From IMG/VR virus record IMGVR_UViG_3300032312_001204, positions 1 to 42,404 of that record: a DNA stretch of 42,404 nt. The stretch is one strand, 5' to 3'. Under the pieces are notes generated by a model. It saw only the letters and a program-made list of their open reading frames with translations, did no database searches and was not told the DNA's origin. The first letter of the stretch is position 1, and each line of letters starts with the position of its first letter. This DNA is from a virus. Its lineage: Duplodnaviria; Caudoviricetes. The translations under genes and the position numbers were made by a program. Of the stretch, positions 1 through 10,165 are shown in pieces.

Positions 1-1530
1 ACAGGATCATTTGCTACAACTGGATCAAATACTTTTAGAGGTAACCAAACAATTAGTGGATCTGCTTTAATTTCAGGTTCAATAATATTATCAGGTTCAG
101 ACCCTATAGGAGTTATTGAAACAACTACAATTAGATATAATAATGTTGAAATAAATAACCCAACATTTGGATATGGTTACAATGCTAAATTATACAGTAA
201 TTACTTAGTTTTTGATGATTCAGGTATAGTACAAACTTATTTTGGGAATAATATATCTAAAACTGTAGGAGCTAATACTCAAAATATTAACTTTCCAAAT
301 GGTTTATCTGGAGGAGTAAAAACTATAGAATTTCCTAATGCTACAGGGACAGTAGCTTTAACTTATAACACAGCTACAACAGGATCAAATATATTTAGTG
401 GTTCTCAAACTATAACAGGTTCATTAAATAATGGATTAGGAAATACTATAACAGGACTAAATTCACATGCTGAAGGATTACAATCTACATCATCAGGATC
501 TTACTCACATGCTGAAGGGTATTTGACTATAGCAATAGGAGATTATTCACATGCTGAGGGATCAGGTTCTGATGCTTTAGGAATAGCTTCACACGCTGAA
601 GGACAAAATACTACATCTACTGGAAATTATTCACACGCTGAAGGATATCAAAGTACATCTACTGCGAACTATTCACATGCTGAAGGAAATCAAACATCAG
701 CCGCTAGTCCTTATTCACACGCTGAAGGAAGTTTTACTACTACTAATGGTAACTATTCACATGCTGAAGGAACTCAAACTGTAGCTAATGGTCAAGCATC
801 ACACGCTGAAGGATACATCACAAACACATCTCTTACAGCAGATTATTCACATGCTGAAGGAACTCGTACATTAACAATAGGACAATATTCACATGCTGAA
901 GGATATTTTGCAACTTCCTCAGGTCTATATTCTCACGCTGAAGGTGGTAGAACTCATGCTGTAGGAGAAGGAGCACATGCTGAAGGATCAGGCTCTATAG
1001 CTTCAGGTTCATACTCACATGCTGAAGGATACAAATCACAAGCTATAGGATACGCCTCACATGCTGAAGGAGGAGGAGCCGCAGGAACATTTACAGAACA
1101 ACTAGGAGGTAGAGCCACAGGAACAGGTTCACATGCTGAAGGAAGTTTTACTTTAGCTTCAGGATCTTTTTCACACGCTGAAGGTCAATATACAACAGCT
1201 TCTGCACCATGGTCACATGCTGAAGGTTTAGGAACTATAGCTAACGGATGGTACCAACATGTACAAGGAGCCTATAATGTACCATCATCAGAACAATCTG
1301 CTTTTATAGTTGGAAATGGAGTAGCTGATGAAGTTAGATCAAATTTAATATTAGCCTCAGGAGAATTAGTTCAAGTAACAGGATCTGTAAGTATTACAAG
1401 TGTATTAACTTTAGCACCAAACAATCCATTACCATCAGGACAACCAACAGGTTCAATAGCAGTATCAGGATCAGGAGTAGATTGTAAACCATATTTCTGG
1501 AATGGTACTACATGGACATCAATGATATAA
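1..1530 (+). CDS. Tail fibre/adhesin-like protein with 14-aa SHAEG beta-roll repeats (5'-partial)
   Basis: Frame 1 is open from base 1 (TGSFATTGSNTFRGNQTISGS...), so the ORF-track start at 523 is internal; 18 (S/A)HAEG repeats of YadA-head-like periodicity; lies upstream of the sheath gene. Confidence 0.75.
   Translation, partial: TGSFATTGSNTFRGNQTISGSALISGSIILSGSDPIGVIETTTIRYNNVEINNPTFGYGYNAKLYSNYLVFDDSGIVQTYFGNNISKTVGANTQNINFPNGLSGGVKTIEFPNATGTVALTYNTATTGSNIFSGSQTITGSLNNGLGNTITGLNSHAEGLQSTSSGSYSHAEGYLTIAIGDYSHAEGSGSDALGIASHAEGQNTTSTGNYSHAEGYQSTSTANYSHAEGNQTSAASPYSHAEGSFTTTNGNYSHAEGTQTVANGQASHAEGYITNTSLTADYSHAEGTRTLTIGQYSHAEGYFATSSGLYSHAEGGRTHAVGEGAHAEGSGSIASGSYSHAEGYKSQAIGYASHAEGGGAAGTFTEQLGGRATGTGSHAEGSFTLASGSFSHAEGQYTTASAPWSHAEGLGTIANGWYQHVQGAYNVPSSEQSAFIVGNGVADEVRSNLILASGELVQVTGSVSITSVLTLAPNNPLPSGQPTGSIAVSGSGVDCKPYFWNGTTWTSMI
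463..1227 (+). repeat. Coding tandem repeat, core TCACAYGCTGAAGG, mostly 42-bp period, 18 copies
   Basis: Directly visible and in frame with the SHAEG motif. Confidence 0.9.
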
Positions 1531-1559
1531 ATTCAAATTAATATAAATTAAAAAACGTT

Positions 1560-1817
1560 ATGATTAAACCAACAAAATTAGAAGAACAAGAATTAAAGGA
1601 TTTAATAGATTTTCAAGAAAAATCTGAAACTTTAATAGGTAGATTAGGTCAATTACAATTTAGAAAATTGCAAATTGAAAAAGAAGAAGAATACCTAAAA
1701 CAACAATATGAACAAATAGTTTTAAGTGAAATTGAAATAAGTTCTAAACTAAAAACAAAATACGGTGATATTAATATAGATATAAAAACAGGTGATATAA
1801 CTTACCCTAAAATATAA
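1560..1817 (+). CDS. Hypothetical small coiled-coil protein
   Basis: 85-aa ORF, heptad-like E/K/L/Q pattern, A-rich upstream region. Confidence 0.7.
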   Translation: MIKPTKLEEQELKDLIDFQEKSETLIGRLGQLQFRKLQIEKEEEYLKQQYEQIVLSEIEISSKLKTKYGDINIDIKTGDITYPKI

Positions 1818-1835
1818 GTTTTAAACCCCCTTTCA

Positions 1836-1843
1836 ATATTTAT
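1836..1843 (+). promoter_or_regulatory. ATATTTAT motif, candidate late promoter (first of about 13 gene-proximal copies)
   Basis: Same 8-mer at 3541, 4110, 5144, 7487, 9819, 15822, 20702, 23488, 27429, 28453, 35953 and 36436, each just upstream of a start codon. Confidence 0.55.
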
Positions 1844-1875
1844 CATCAAATAAATTAATTTAAACCAATAATAAA

Positions 1876-3522
1876 ATGGCTGAAACATTATTATCTCCAG
1901 GAGTACTAACTAGAGAAAATGACCAATCACAGATCACACAAGGCCCTATCGTTGCAGGAGCCGCTATAGTAGGTCCTACTGTAAAAGGTCCGGTTAGAAT
2001 ACCTACATTAGTTACTTCATATAGTGATTATATTAATAAATTTGGTGGTTCTTTCGTTAGTGGAGGTACTTCAAATGAATATTTAACTTCAATCTCTGCT
2101 TATAACTACTTCCAACAAGGTGGAGCTAGTTTATTAGTAACTAGAGTAGTAAGTGGAACATTTGCTCCTGCTTCTAGTTCAGTGTTAGGTTCAGGTTCAG
2201 TAACAGCTTTTACTTTAGAAACTCTATCATGGGGTAGTAATCAAAATAGCTCAGGTTCAACTGGAAACAACAATACTTTAGTAAATGGTACACCTGATAA
2301 TGTTAGATGGGAAGTAGCTAATAATAATACTTCAAGTGGAACTTTTAGTTTATTAGTTAGAAGAGGAGATGATAATATCAACTCAAAAGTAATATTAGAA
2401 TCATATGCAGGATTATCATTAGATCCAAACTCTCCAAATTATATTGAAGCTGTAATTGGTAACCAATCAATTTCTACTGATAATGGGTACACAGATATTT
2501 CAGGTGATTATACTAACAAATCAAGATATGTAAGAGTAAAATCAGTATCAACTCCAACACCAAATTATTTTGATAATAATGGGGTAGCAAAATCCGAATA
2601 TACATCCTCAATTCCATTAAATGCTAGTGGATCATTTGGTGGTGCTGACGGTAATTTAGCGGCAGTATTTGGTTTATCTGATAACAACTATACATCATCA
2701 CTAAACCTGTTATCTAATCAAGATGAATTTAGATACAATGTGATTACTGTACCAGGATTATGGCAATCAGTTAACTCAGCAGCTATAGGATTAATGTTAA
2801 CTAATACTCAAAACAGAGGTGATGCTATTGCAGTTGTAGATTTAGTAAGTAAAGATGTTAATACTATTAATACAGTAGTAAGTGAAGCTTTAGAAATTGA
2901 TAATAGCTACGCAGCAGCATATTGGCCATGGGTTCAAGTTAATGCTCCAAACACTGGAAAATTAACATGGGTTCCACCATCAACAATCATACCAAGTGTT
3001 TACGCTTATAATGATAGAATCGCAGCTCCATGGTTCGCACCAGGTGGATTTACAAGAGGTGGTTTAAGTGTTATACAAGCAGCTAAAAAATTATCACCAG
3101 ACGATAGAGACACATTGTACTTAGGGAAAGTAAATCCAATTGCTACATTCCCAGGACAGGGAGTTGTTGCTTACGGTCAGAAAACATTACAACAAAAAGC
3201 TTCAGCTTTAGATAGAATTAATGTTAGAAGATTATTAATTGAGTTAAAATCTTATATTGGTCAAATTGCTAACACATTAGTATTCGAACAAAATACAATT
3301 GCTACAAGAAATAGATTCTTATCACAAGTAAATCCATATTTAGATTCTATTCAACAAAGACAAGGATTGTATGCTTTTAAAGTAGTAATGGATGATACAA
3401 ATAATACTGCGGATGTAATTGATAGAAATCAGTTAGTAGGTCAGATTTATATTCAACCAACTAGAACAGCTGAATTCATTATATTAGATTTCAATGTTAC
3501 TCCAACAGGTGCAACTTTTTAA
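1876..3522 (+). CDS. Contractile tail sheath protein (T4 gp18-like)
   Basis: N-terminal LSPGVLTRE, YWPWV, PWFAPGG, and C-terminal RINVRRL...FEQN...IQPTRTAEFIILDF sheath signatures. Confidence 0.95.
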   Translation: MAETLLSPGVLTRENDQSQITQGPIVAGAAIVGPTVKGPVRIPTLVTSYSDYINKFGGSFVSGGTSNEYLTSISAYNYFQQGGASLLVTRVVSGTFAPASSSVLGSGSVTAFTLETLSWGSNQNSSGSTGNNNTLVNGTPDNVRWEVANNNTSSGTFSLLVRRGDDNINSKVILESYAGLSLDPNSPNYIEAVIGNQSISTDNGYTDISGDYTNKSRYVRVKSVSTPTPNYFDNNGVAKSEYTSSIPLNASGSFGGADGNLAAVFGLSDNNYTSSLNLLSNQDEFRYNVITVPGLWQSVNSAAIGLMLTNTQNRGDAIAVVDLVSKDVNTINTVVSEALEIDNSYAAAYWPWVQVNAPNTGKLTWVPPSTIIPSVYAYNDRIAAPWFAPGGFTRGGLSVIQAAKKLSPDDRDTLYLGKVNPIATFPGQGVVAYGQKTLQQKASALDRINVRRLLIELKSYIGQIANTLVFEQNTIATRNRFLSQVNPYLDSIQQRQGLYAFKVVMDDTNNTADVIDRNQLVGQIYIQPTRTAEFIILDFNVTPTGATF

Positions 3523-3564
3523 TAAAAAACTGATAATCAAATATTTATAACAAATATATAAAAC

Positions 3565-4053
3565 ATGGCAGTATTAAACCCAAACGAAATAATGTTTACC
3601 GCGTTTGAACCAAAAGTTCAAAATAGATTCATACTATACATTGACGGTATACCATCATACTTAATTAAAAAAGCATCTGCGCCAGGATTTGAAGCAAATG
3701 AAATTATATTAGACCACATCAATGTTTACCGTAAAGTTAAAGGTAAAGTAAGATGGAATGATATGACTTTATCACTATATGATCCAATTGCACCATCAGG
3801 AGCTCAAACAGTAATGGAATGGGCACGTTTAGCTCACGAATCTGTAACAGGTAGAGATGGATACTCAGATTTCTACAAAAAAGATTTAAGAATGAATATA
3901 TTAGGTCCTGTAGGAGATGTAGTTGGAGAATGGATTATAAAAGGTGCATTTGTAAAATCAGCGAACTTTGGAGAGTACGATTGGTCTTCAGGAGAAGCAG
4001 CAGTAGAGCTTTCAGTAACCATAGCAATGGATTATTGTATCTTAAACTACTAA
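3565..4053 (+). CDS. Tail tube protein (T4 gp19-like)
   Basis: Follows the sheath gene; 162 aa; FEPKVQNRF...WNDMTL...EW...GAF pattern of gp19-like tubes. Confidence 0.9.
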   Translation: MAVLNPNEIMFTAFEPKVQNRFILYIDGIPSYLIKKASAPGFEANEIILDHINVYRKVKGKVRWNDMTLSLYDPIAPSGAQTVMEWARLAHESVTGRDGYSDFYKKDLRMNILGPVGDVVGEWIIKGAFVKSANFGEYDWSSGEAAVELSVTIAMDYCILNY

Positions 4054-4073
4054 GAAACAAAAACATACAAAAG

Positions 4074-4106
4074 AGAAAGCCCATTTATTGGGCTTTCTTT
4101 TATTTT
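4074..4106 (+). terminator. Intrinsic terminator after the tube gene
   Basis: AGAAAGCCCA/TGGGCTTTCT stem followed by a T-rich tract. Confidence 0.8.
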
Positions 4107-4140
4107 ACTATATTTATATATAAACACATTAATAAATTTT

Positions 4141-4884
4141 ATGGAAAATCAAGTTACAAAACCAAAATTCCCTACTGAAATGGTAGATCTACCTTCAAAA
4201 GGTTTACTTTACCCTGAAGGTTCTCCTCTAAGAAGTGGTCAAATCGAAATGAAATACATGACCGCTCGTGAAGAAGATATTTTAACTAATCAAAATTACA
4301 TTCAACAAGGTACTGTATTAGACAAATTAATTGAATCTCTTATAGTTACTAAAATTGACATTAAAGAACTACTTGTAGGAGATAAAAATGCAATTTTAAT
4401 TGCTTCTCGTATTTTAGGATATGGTCAAGATTATGAGTTTGAAAATAGAGGAAAAGTCTATAAAGTAGATTTAACTGAAATGGTTGATAAGGAATTACCA
4501 TCAGATGTAAATTATGAAAATGGTAATAACTTTGAATTTACTTTACCTGCCTCAAAAGATCAAATAACATTTAAATTATTGACACATGGTGATGAAAGTG
4601 CGGTAGAACAGGAATTAAAAGGACTTAAAAAAATTAACCCAAATGGTTCACCTGAATTATCAACTAGATTAAAATACATCATAACTTCCGTTAATGGTGA
4701 TAATGATAGAAGAACTGTTAGAGAATTTGTTGATAACGAATTATTAGCAAGAGATTCAAGAGCTTTAAGACAAGAGATAAAAAGAATATCTCCAGATATT
4801 GATTTAACTGTTAAAGGTGATGACGGGGAGGACATCGCTGTACCAATTAGTCTTAACTTTTTTTGGCCTGACCTCAACCTATAG
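4141..4884 (+). CDS. Tail assembly chaperone / T4 gp26-like baseplate hub assembly protein
   Basis: LPSKG..YP, MTAREEDIL, LLVGDKNAIL..RILGYG motifs; ends FFWPD; between tube and tape measure genes. Confidence 0.75.
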   Translation: MENQVTKPKFPTEMVDLPSKGLLYPEGSPLRSGQIEMKYMTAREEDILTNQNYIQQGTVLDKLIESLIVTKIDIKELLVGDKNAILIASRILGYGQDYEFENRGKVYKVDLTEMVDKELPSDVNYENGNNFEFTLPASKDQITFKLLTHGDESAVEQELKGLKKINPNGSPELSTRLKYIITSVNGDNDRRTVREFVDNELLARDSRALRQEIKRISPDIDLTVKGDDGEDIAVPISLNFFWPDLNL

Positions 4885-5134
4885 AATGAATATATTCTCC
4901 CAAATACATGAAATTGTATTTCATGGTAAGGGAGGTTATGATTGGAATACTATTTATAACATGCCTATTTGGCTTCGAACTTTTACTTATAATAAATTAA
5001 AAGAATTTTATGATAAAGAACAAGAAGCTGTTGACCAACAAAACAATCAATTATCTAATAAAAGTGGAAAAGAAATAGCAAGACCTGATATTCCTCAATC
5101 AAGTACGTACAATGCAAAAGTCCCTAAAAAATAG
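4859..5134 (+). CDS. Second tail chaperone segment, probably reached by frameshift from the upstream gene (or from ATG 4886)
   Basis: +1 frame ORF overlapping the upstream gene at a T7 run; FFGLT..YR...QIHEIVFHGKGGYDWNTIYNMPIWLR. Confidence 0.65.
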   Translation, partial: FFGLTSTYRMNIFSQIHEIVFHGKGGYDWNTIYNMPIWLRTFTYNKLKEFYDKEQEAVDQQNNQLSNKSGKEIARPDIPQSSTYNAKVPKK

Positions 5135-5142
5135 GGGCTTTT
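5116..5142 (+). terminator. Hairpin/terminator at the end of the chaperone ORF
   Basis: AAAAGTCCCTA/TAGGGGCTTTT inverted repeat. Confidence 0.6.
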
Positions 5143-5167
5143 CATATTTATACCAATATAATATATT

Positions 5168-7483
5168 ATGGCTGCAGATATAAATGCTTTAAATCAAGAA
5201 ATTGCTGATCTTAGAAAACAACTAGGAGACAAACCTTTAACTCCTTTTGATTCTAAAGATTTAGATAAAGCCTTATTAACAGTTAGAGCTTTAAGACAAG
5301 AATTTAGAGAAGCTTCTAGTGATTTAGATTACATTTCTAAGAGTTTTAAAGACACTGTTAATGAAATGTCTAAACAAAATACCTATTATAATACAGCTAA
5401 AAAATCTATAAATGGTATAGCTGATATTTCTAAACAAATAGTTGATTTTAGAAGAGGTGAAAATGCTTTAAATGAAAAGCAACTTAAAAATCTCCAAAAT
5501 CAAGCTAGAGTAAAATTTGAAGAATTAAAACTAGCTGTAAGAAGTGGGCAATTAAGTCAAAAAGATCTCGCAGCCGCTCAAGATGCTTTAAATGAACAAG
5601 AAGCTTTTAATAAGGGTTTAAATAGAACTATAGAACTTCAAGCTCAAGTCAATAAAGAAATAGGATTATTAGGAAGTGGGTTAGAAGGAGCAGGTAAATT
5701 CTTAGAAAAATTAGGATTTACAGGCATAGCTAAACCTATATCAGATGCTATCCAAAAAACTAAAGAGGCTAGACTCCAAATTAAATTAAATGAGGATGAA
5801 ATGGCTAAACTTAGAGAAGAATATGCTCAATTAGGCCCTCATGATCTTCAACGTAAAAAAGAATTAAGAGATCAACTTGCTTCTTTAAAATCTCAAAATA
5901 AAGAACTTGAAACTCAATCTAGTAAGTATAAAAACATAGCAACCGCTATGAAGGAACAATTCACTTTAACTAATATGACTGATGCTCTATTAGGTAAAAT
6001 GATAAAAAGTTTCTTTGATTTAGATGAAGCTCAAACTAAGTTTAAAAATTTAACAGGGGGTCAAATCCCTATGTTTGATACACTTAATGGTAGATTAATT
6101 ACTAGTGTTGATTATATTAAAACTGCGGGAGCTTTAACTGAACAATTAGGAATGAACGCAGCCGCTGTTTTCTCTCCTGATACTTTAGCTTCAGCCGCTG
6201 AAATGGTTAAAGCTATGGGTATGACTCAAGAGCAAGCTAATCAAGCTGCTATAATGTCTCAAGCCACTGGTATATCTATTGATAAAATGAATAAATCCCT
6301 TAAAGAAGGGAATAAACAATATAACCAGCAAAACAGATCTGCTTTAGCCCAAGGAGCTATAATGAGAGAAGTATATAATACTTCTACAGCTACCGCGGCT
6401 TCTATGGGTAATAATGTTAATAAAATAGGAGAAGCTGTTAGACAGGCTAAAGATTTAGGATTATCTCTAAAAGAGGTTGAGGGTATAGCTAGCTCTTTAT
6501 TAGATATTGAATCTTCAATAGCAGCTGAATTTGAATATGAAGTTATCTCAGGTAAACAATTAAATTTAGAAGCTGCTCGTTATTATGCTTTAACTAATCA
6601 AACAGATAAATTAACAAAAGAAATAGCCAGTAATCAAGAAATAATATCATCATTTGCTTCAGGTAATAGAATAGAACAAGAAGCAGCTGCTAAAGCTTTA
6701 GGAATTTCTCGTGATCAGTTAGCTGAAATGTATATGGCTGATTTAAGAAAAAAGAATCTTACTGATGAACAAATAGCTCAAGCAATGGCTATGGATGAAA
6801 TGGAAGTTAAAAGATTAACTACTCAAGAAACCATAAATACCGCTATAGCTAAGATGTCTGAACTTTTGGCATTCCCTGCTCAAATTCTTACTAGTATGAT
6901 AGATAACGCCTATATATTATACTCAGTTATGGGACTTATAGGAACTGTAGCTATAGCTAATATATTTAATGGTTTAGTGAAAACTGCTACTCAATTAGCA
7001 CTTAATTTAGCTCTAACAGGATTATTAGGTAAAAAGAAAAAACAAGAAGCAATGGCTACTGGGGTTAACACGGCATTAGAGGCAGGTAACTCAGCTGCTA
7101 AAGTTCCAATTGTAGGGCCCGTTTTAGCCGCAGCCGCTATATTATCTATATTAGGTCTTGTAGGAGTAGCTATAGCTAAAATTGGAGATGGTGCTTTTGG
7201 TGCTGATGGTAAAACCCAAATTTCAACAAGAGAAGGAGGATTATATGAAACTAGTAAAAATGATGATATAGCAGTAGGACCAGGTATAATAAATAAATTA
7301 AACTCCCCATCAAAACCTTTAATAGTTAATCAAACTACCCCTCAATCTCAATCTCCAGCTATTGACTATGATAAAATGGCTCAAGCAATGTCTAGAGTAA
7401 AAGTACAAACTAACTTAGATGGAGTACGTGTATCAAGTGAATTACAAAAAGCACCATTAGGAATAGCTACAAGAAAAATATAA
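5168..7483 (+). CDS. Tape measure protein
   Basis: 771 aa, helical and A/Q/K/L-rich, with hydrophobic segments near the C-terminus; canonical position after tube and chaperones. Confidence 0.85.
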   Translation: MAADINALNQEIADLRKQLGDKPLTPFDSKDLDKALLTVRALRQEFREASSDLDYISKSFKDTVNEMSKQNTYYNTAKKSINGIADISKQIVDFRRGENALNEKQLKNLQNQARVKFEELKLAVRSGQLSQKDLAAAQDALNEQEAFNKGLNRTIELQAQVNKEIGLLGSGLEGAGKFLEKLGFTGIAKPISDAIQKTKEARLQIKLNEDEMAKLREEYAQLGPHDLQRKKELRDQLASLKSQNKELETQSSKYKNIATAMKEQFTLTNMTDALLGKMIKSFFDLDEAQTKFKNLTGGQIPMFDTLNGRLITSVDYIKTAGALTEQLGMNAAAVFSPDTLASAAEMVKAMGMTQEQANQAAIMSQATGISIDKMNKSLKEGNKQYNQQNRSALAQGAIMREVYNTSTATAASMGNNVNKIGEAVRQAKDLGLSLKEVEGIASSLLDIESSIAAEFEYEVISGKQLNLEAARYYALTNQTDKLTKEIASNQEIISSFASGNRIEQEAAAKALGISRDQLAEMYMADLRKKNLTDEQIAQAMAMDEMEVKRLTTQETINTAIAKMSELLAFPAQILTSMIDNAYILYSVMGLIGTVAIANIFNGLVKTATQLALNLALTGLLGKKKKQEAMATGVNTALEAGNSAAKVPIVGPVLAAAAILSILGLVGVAIAKIGDGAFGADGKTQISTREGGLYETSKNDDIAVGPGIINKLNSPSKPLIVNQTTPQSQSPAIDYDKMAQAMSRVKVQTNLDGVRVSSELQKAPLGIATRKI

Positions 7484-7517
7484 TTAATATTTATCATAAA
7501 CATTAAAACATAATAAC

Positions 7518-7721
7518 ATGGCAAATCAAATTTTAGGACAAGAAGAAACTTCTACTTTAGGTAATGGTGGAGTAGTTCAACCTACTGAAGCAGAACAAAT
7601 AGTGTCTAAATTGCATTATGAGTACTCAATTAATGACAACCCACATTTACTTAACAAACCACAACCTTCTGTATTAGACCGTCCTACTATCACTAAGTAT
7701 ATGGATAACTTACCAGGATAA
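7518..7721 (+). CDS. Hypothetical protein (tail module)
   Basis: 67-aa ORF preceded by the ATATTTAT motif and abutting the next gene. Confidence 0.6.
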   Translation: MANQILGQEETSTLGNGGVVQPTEAEQIVSKLHYEYSINDNPHLLNKPQPSVLDRPTITKYMDNLPG

Positions 7722-7723
7722 TA

Positions 7724-9772
7724 ATGGCGTTAAGAGACCTACAAACTAGTTTAAAAAGTTTAAGAGTAGACAAGGACCGCCCGTTTGGTGGTTCTAGTGG
7801 TCTACCTTATATTAAGGGAGGATTACCTGAAGACTCACCTGAAGGAGAGTATCTAGCTGATCTTGCTAGATATAGTTCTGAAGGTACAGTTAGAGGTGGT
7901 TTATTCTCTATAGTATCTTCAGCGACTGATTCTGTAAGAGTTTCTCGCTTTTTAAATGATTTTCCTAAAGGTCTTTTATTTACTTCTAAACAAATAGGAT
8001 TACAAAAATCTAATCCAAAAATTGAAACTGGTACTAGAGGTGATGTTTTAAATACTCAAGTTTACTCAAATTCTAATTTATTAGCTCAAATTGCTTTACA
8101 AGGTACAGGAGAGCATGTTCCTCGCCCTGGATTTAATACTAATGATTTATTAAGAGAAGAAAACAAATATGAAAAAATAGTTAAAGATAAAACTACTGAT
8201 GAAAATCGATTAGTTACTCTTTACAATAATAAAATAGCCCCAGCTTCAAGTAAAATTTTACCTAATAATTTAGATAAATTAGGGATATCAAACTTAGATA
8301 ATGAATTATTTAATTATGCAGGAGGCCCAGGTTCATCTTATGGAGATGGAGATACTTTTATACCTAGAGTAGTTAACACCAATTCATCTCTATCATTACC
8401 TGAAGATGGTGTTGTAGATTATTTAGGAGCTTTAGGATTAACTGATTTTATAAAAACTAATTCAATCTCAGGTTTAAGAGATTTATTATATCCTAAACAG
8501 AAAAAACAATTTGATTTTTCATCAAATATCCCAGCATCTTCACCAACAACTCCACAAAATGCTTCATTATTTACACCATTTGTAGCTTCTAATATTGATT
8601 TATCAGGAGGAGTAGAAAATATAGATTTTACAGATAATCCTTTTAGTGATAGTAAAATCCCAAAAAGTGGTTACCAACAAGCTTCACCTGATTTTATAAG
8701 ACCTGAAACAGTTCCTGAGGGTTACACTTTTGGTAATACTATGGCATATAGTAAATTAGTATCATCTATACCAGGACAATTACAAGATTTTAGACAAAAA
8801 ACTATTATAACATCTTCTATAGCGTCAAATTATAGTAGTCCACAAGTAAATATAGCCAGTAGAATAGGTGTAGGAAACCCAGGAGCAAGAAAAAATAGAT
8901 CTTCTCTTAATACAATTTATGAAGGAGGTCAAGATCAAGTAAATATGATTCCCTTATATACTAACGCTGATAATCCTTTTGAAAATACAAAATATAAGGA
9001 ACAAGCTAGAGATATAATTAAATTTGCTTTTGAAACTATAGATAATGATAGCCCTGATAAAACTACAAAAATCCATTTTAGAGCATTTATAACCAACTTT
9101 TCAGACAATATTGGAGCAGATTGGGATAGTAAAAAATATATGGGTAGAGGTGAAAACTTTTATACTTACCAAGGATTTACAAGAGAAGTTAGTTTTAATT
9201 TAAAAGTAGCAGCTCAATCTAAACAAGAAATGTTACCTTTATATCAAAAATTAAACTATTTAGCATCTTCTTTGCTTCCTGATTATAATGGTAATGGATT
9301 TATGAGAGGAAATCTTCATAAACTAACTGTAGGTGAATGGTTTTACAGAACTCCAGGTATTTTAAAATCTATGAATGTAACTATAGATGATAATTATTCA
9401 TGGGAAATTAAATATACAGAACCTGAAACTGAAAAAAATAAAAAAACAAGAACTGATTACGGGGGAGCTTACTTCCCTAATGCTAACGGATGGGATGGGT
9501 CTTCAGATTTTCAAAATTCTAATTCTGATGCTGATCAAATGGAATTACCACAGATATTAGATATTCAATTTTCATTTATCCCTATATTAAATGAATTACC
9601 AGCTTTATCTAAATACAACCCTGCTGGAAATAGAATAGATAGAAGAGGAATTTTAATAAGTAATGATGTAGGCAGAACTGAGAATTTTATAAATAGAATA
9701 ACTGACCAGTTATTTATCCCACCACCCGTTAAAATTGATAGAAATAATATTGAAATCCCTTCAATAGATTAA
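7724..9772 (+). CDS. Putative baseplate/tail-tube initiator protein
   Basis: C-terminal FRAFITNFSD..W...YMGRGENFYTYQGFTREVSF tube-like fold pattern; position in the tail module. Confidence 0.55.
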   Translation: MALRDLQTSLKSLRVDKDRPFGGSSGLPYIKGGLPEDSPEGEYLADLARYSSEGTVRGGLFSIVSSATDSVRVSRFLNDFPKGLLFTSKQIGLQKSNPKIETGTRGDVLNTQVYSNSNLLAQIALQGTGEHVPRPGFNTNDLLREENKYEKIVKDKTTDENRLVTLYNNKIAPASSKILPNNLDKLGISNLDNELFNYAGGPGSSYGDGDTFIPRVVNTNSSLSLPEDGVVDYLGALGLTDFIKTNSISGLRDLLYPKQKKQFDFSSNIPASSPTTPQNASLFTPFVASNIDLSGGVENIDFTDNPFSDSKIPKSGYQQASPDFIRPETVPEGYTFGNTMAYSKLVSSIPGQLQDFRQKTIITSSIASNYSSPQVNIASRIGVGNPGARKNRSSLNTIYEGGQDQVNMIPLYTNADNPFENTKYKEQARDIIKFAFETIDNDSPDKTTKIHFRAFITNFSDNIGADWDSKKYMGRGENFYTYQGFTREVSFNLKVAAQSKQEMLPLYQKLNYLASSLLPDYNGNGFMRGNLHKLTVGEWFYRTPGILKSMNVTIDDNYSWEIKYTEPETEKNKKTRTDYGGAYFPNANGWDGSSDFQNSNSDADQMELPQILDIQFSFIPILNELPALSKYNPAGNRIDRRGILISNDVGRTENFINRITDQLFIPPPVKIDRNNIEIPSID

Positions 9773-9786
9773 TTTATTATAAAAAA

Positions 9787-9818
9787 TTTGGCTCCATTAG
9801 GAGCCTTTTTTATTTTAT
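9787..9818 (+). terminator. Terminator hairpin overlapping a -33/-7-type promoter
   Basis: GGCTCC/GGAGCC stem plus T6; TTTG-N20-TATTTTAT. Confidence 0.6.
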
Positions 9819-9841
9819 ATATTTATACCTAAATAAACATT

Positions 9842-10159
9842 ATGGCTAGCAGATATCAAATAATTTCTATTATAAAAAACGATACAGGAATACCATCACA
9901 ATCTGGTAATTCTATGTATGCCCCTACTTACTATCCTACTATAGAAGCCAAAGCAGATGATAATTATATTATAACAGGAATTGAAGACAGATTAGATCTT
10001 ATAGCGTACGATTTTTATGGAGATTCAACATTATGGTGGATGATAGCTATGGTAAATAATTTAGAAGGAGACTCAATGTATCCACCCGCAGGTATTTACT
10101 TAAGAATACCTCAAAATATATCAGAATTATTAAATACTTATAATAAATCAAATTTTTAA
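9842..10159 (+). CDS. LysM-like baseplate wedge protein (gp53/tail X-like)
   Basis: DRLDLIAYDFYGDSTLWWMIAMVN...G.YLRIP signature. Confidence 0.85.
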   Translation: MASRYQIISIIKNDTGIPSQSGNSMYAPTYYPTIEAKADDNYIITGIEDRLDLIAYDFYGDSTLWWMIAMVNNLEGDSMYPPAGIYLRIPQNISELLNTYNKSNF

Positions 10160-10165
10160 TAAGTT

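Noticed and set aside
463-1227. CRISPR-like array (constant core with variable spacers)
   Set aside because: The core is only 14 nt, in frame, varies at synonymous positions and encodes SHAEG; no cas genes are present
3930-4178. ORF-track 82-aa ORF
   Set aside because: Overlaps the tube gene out of frame and runs through a terminator; shadow ORF
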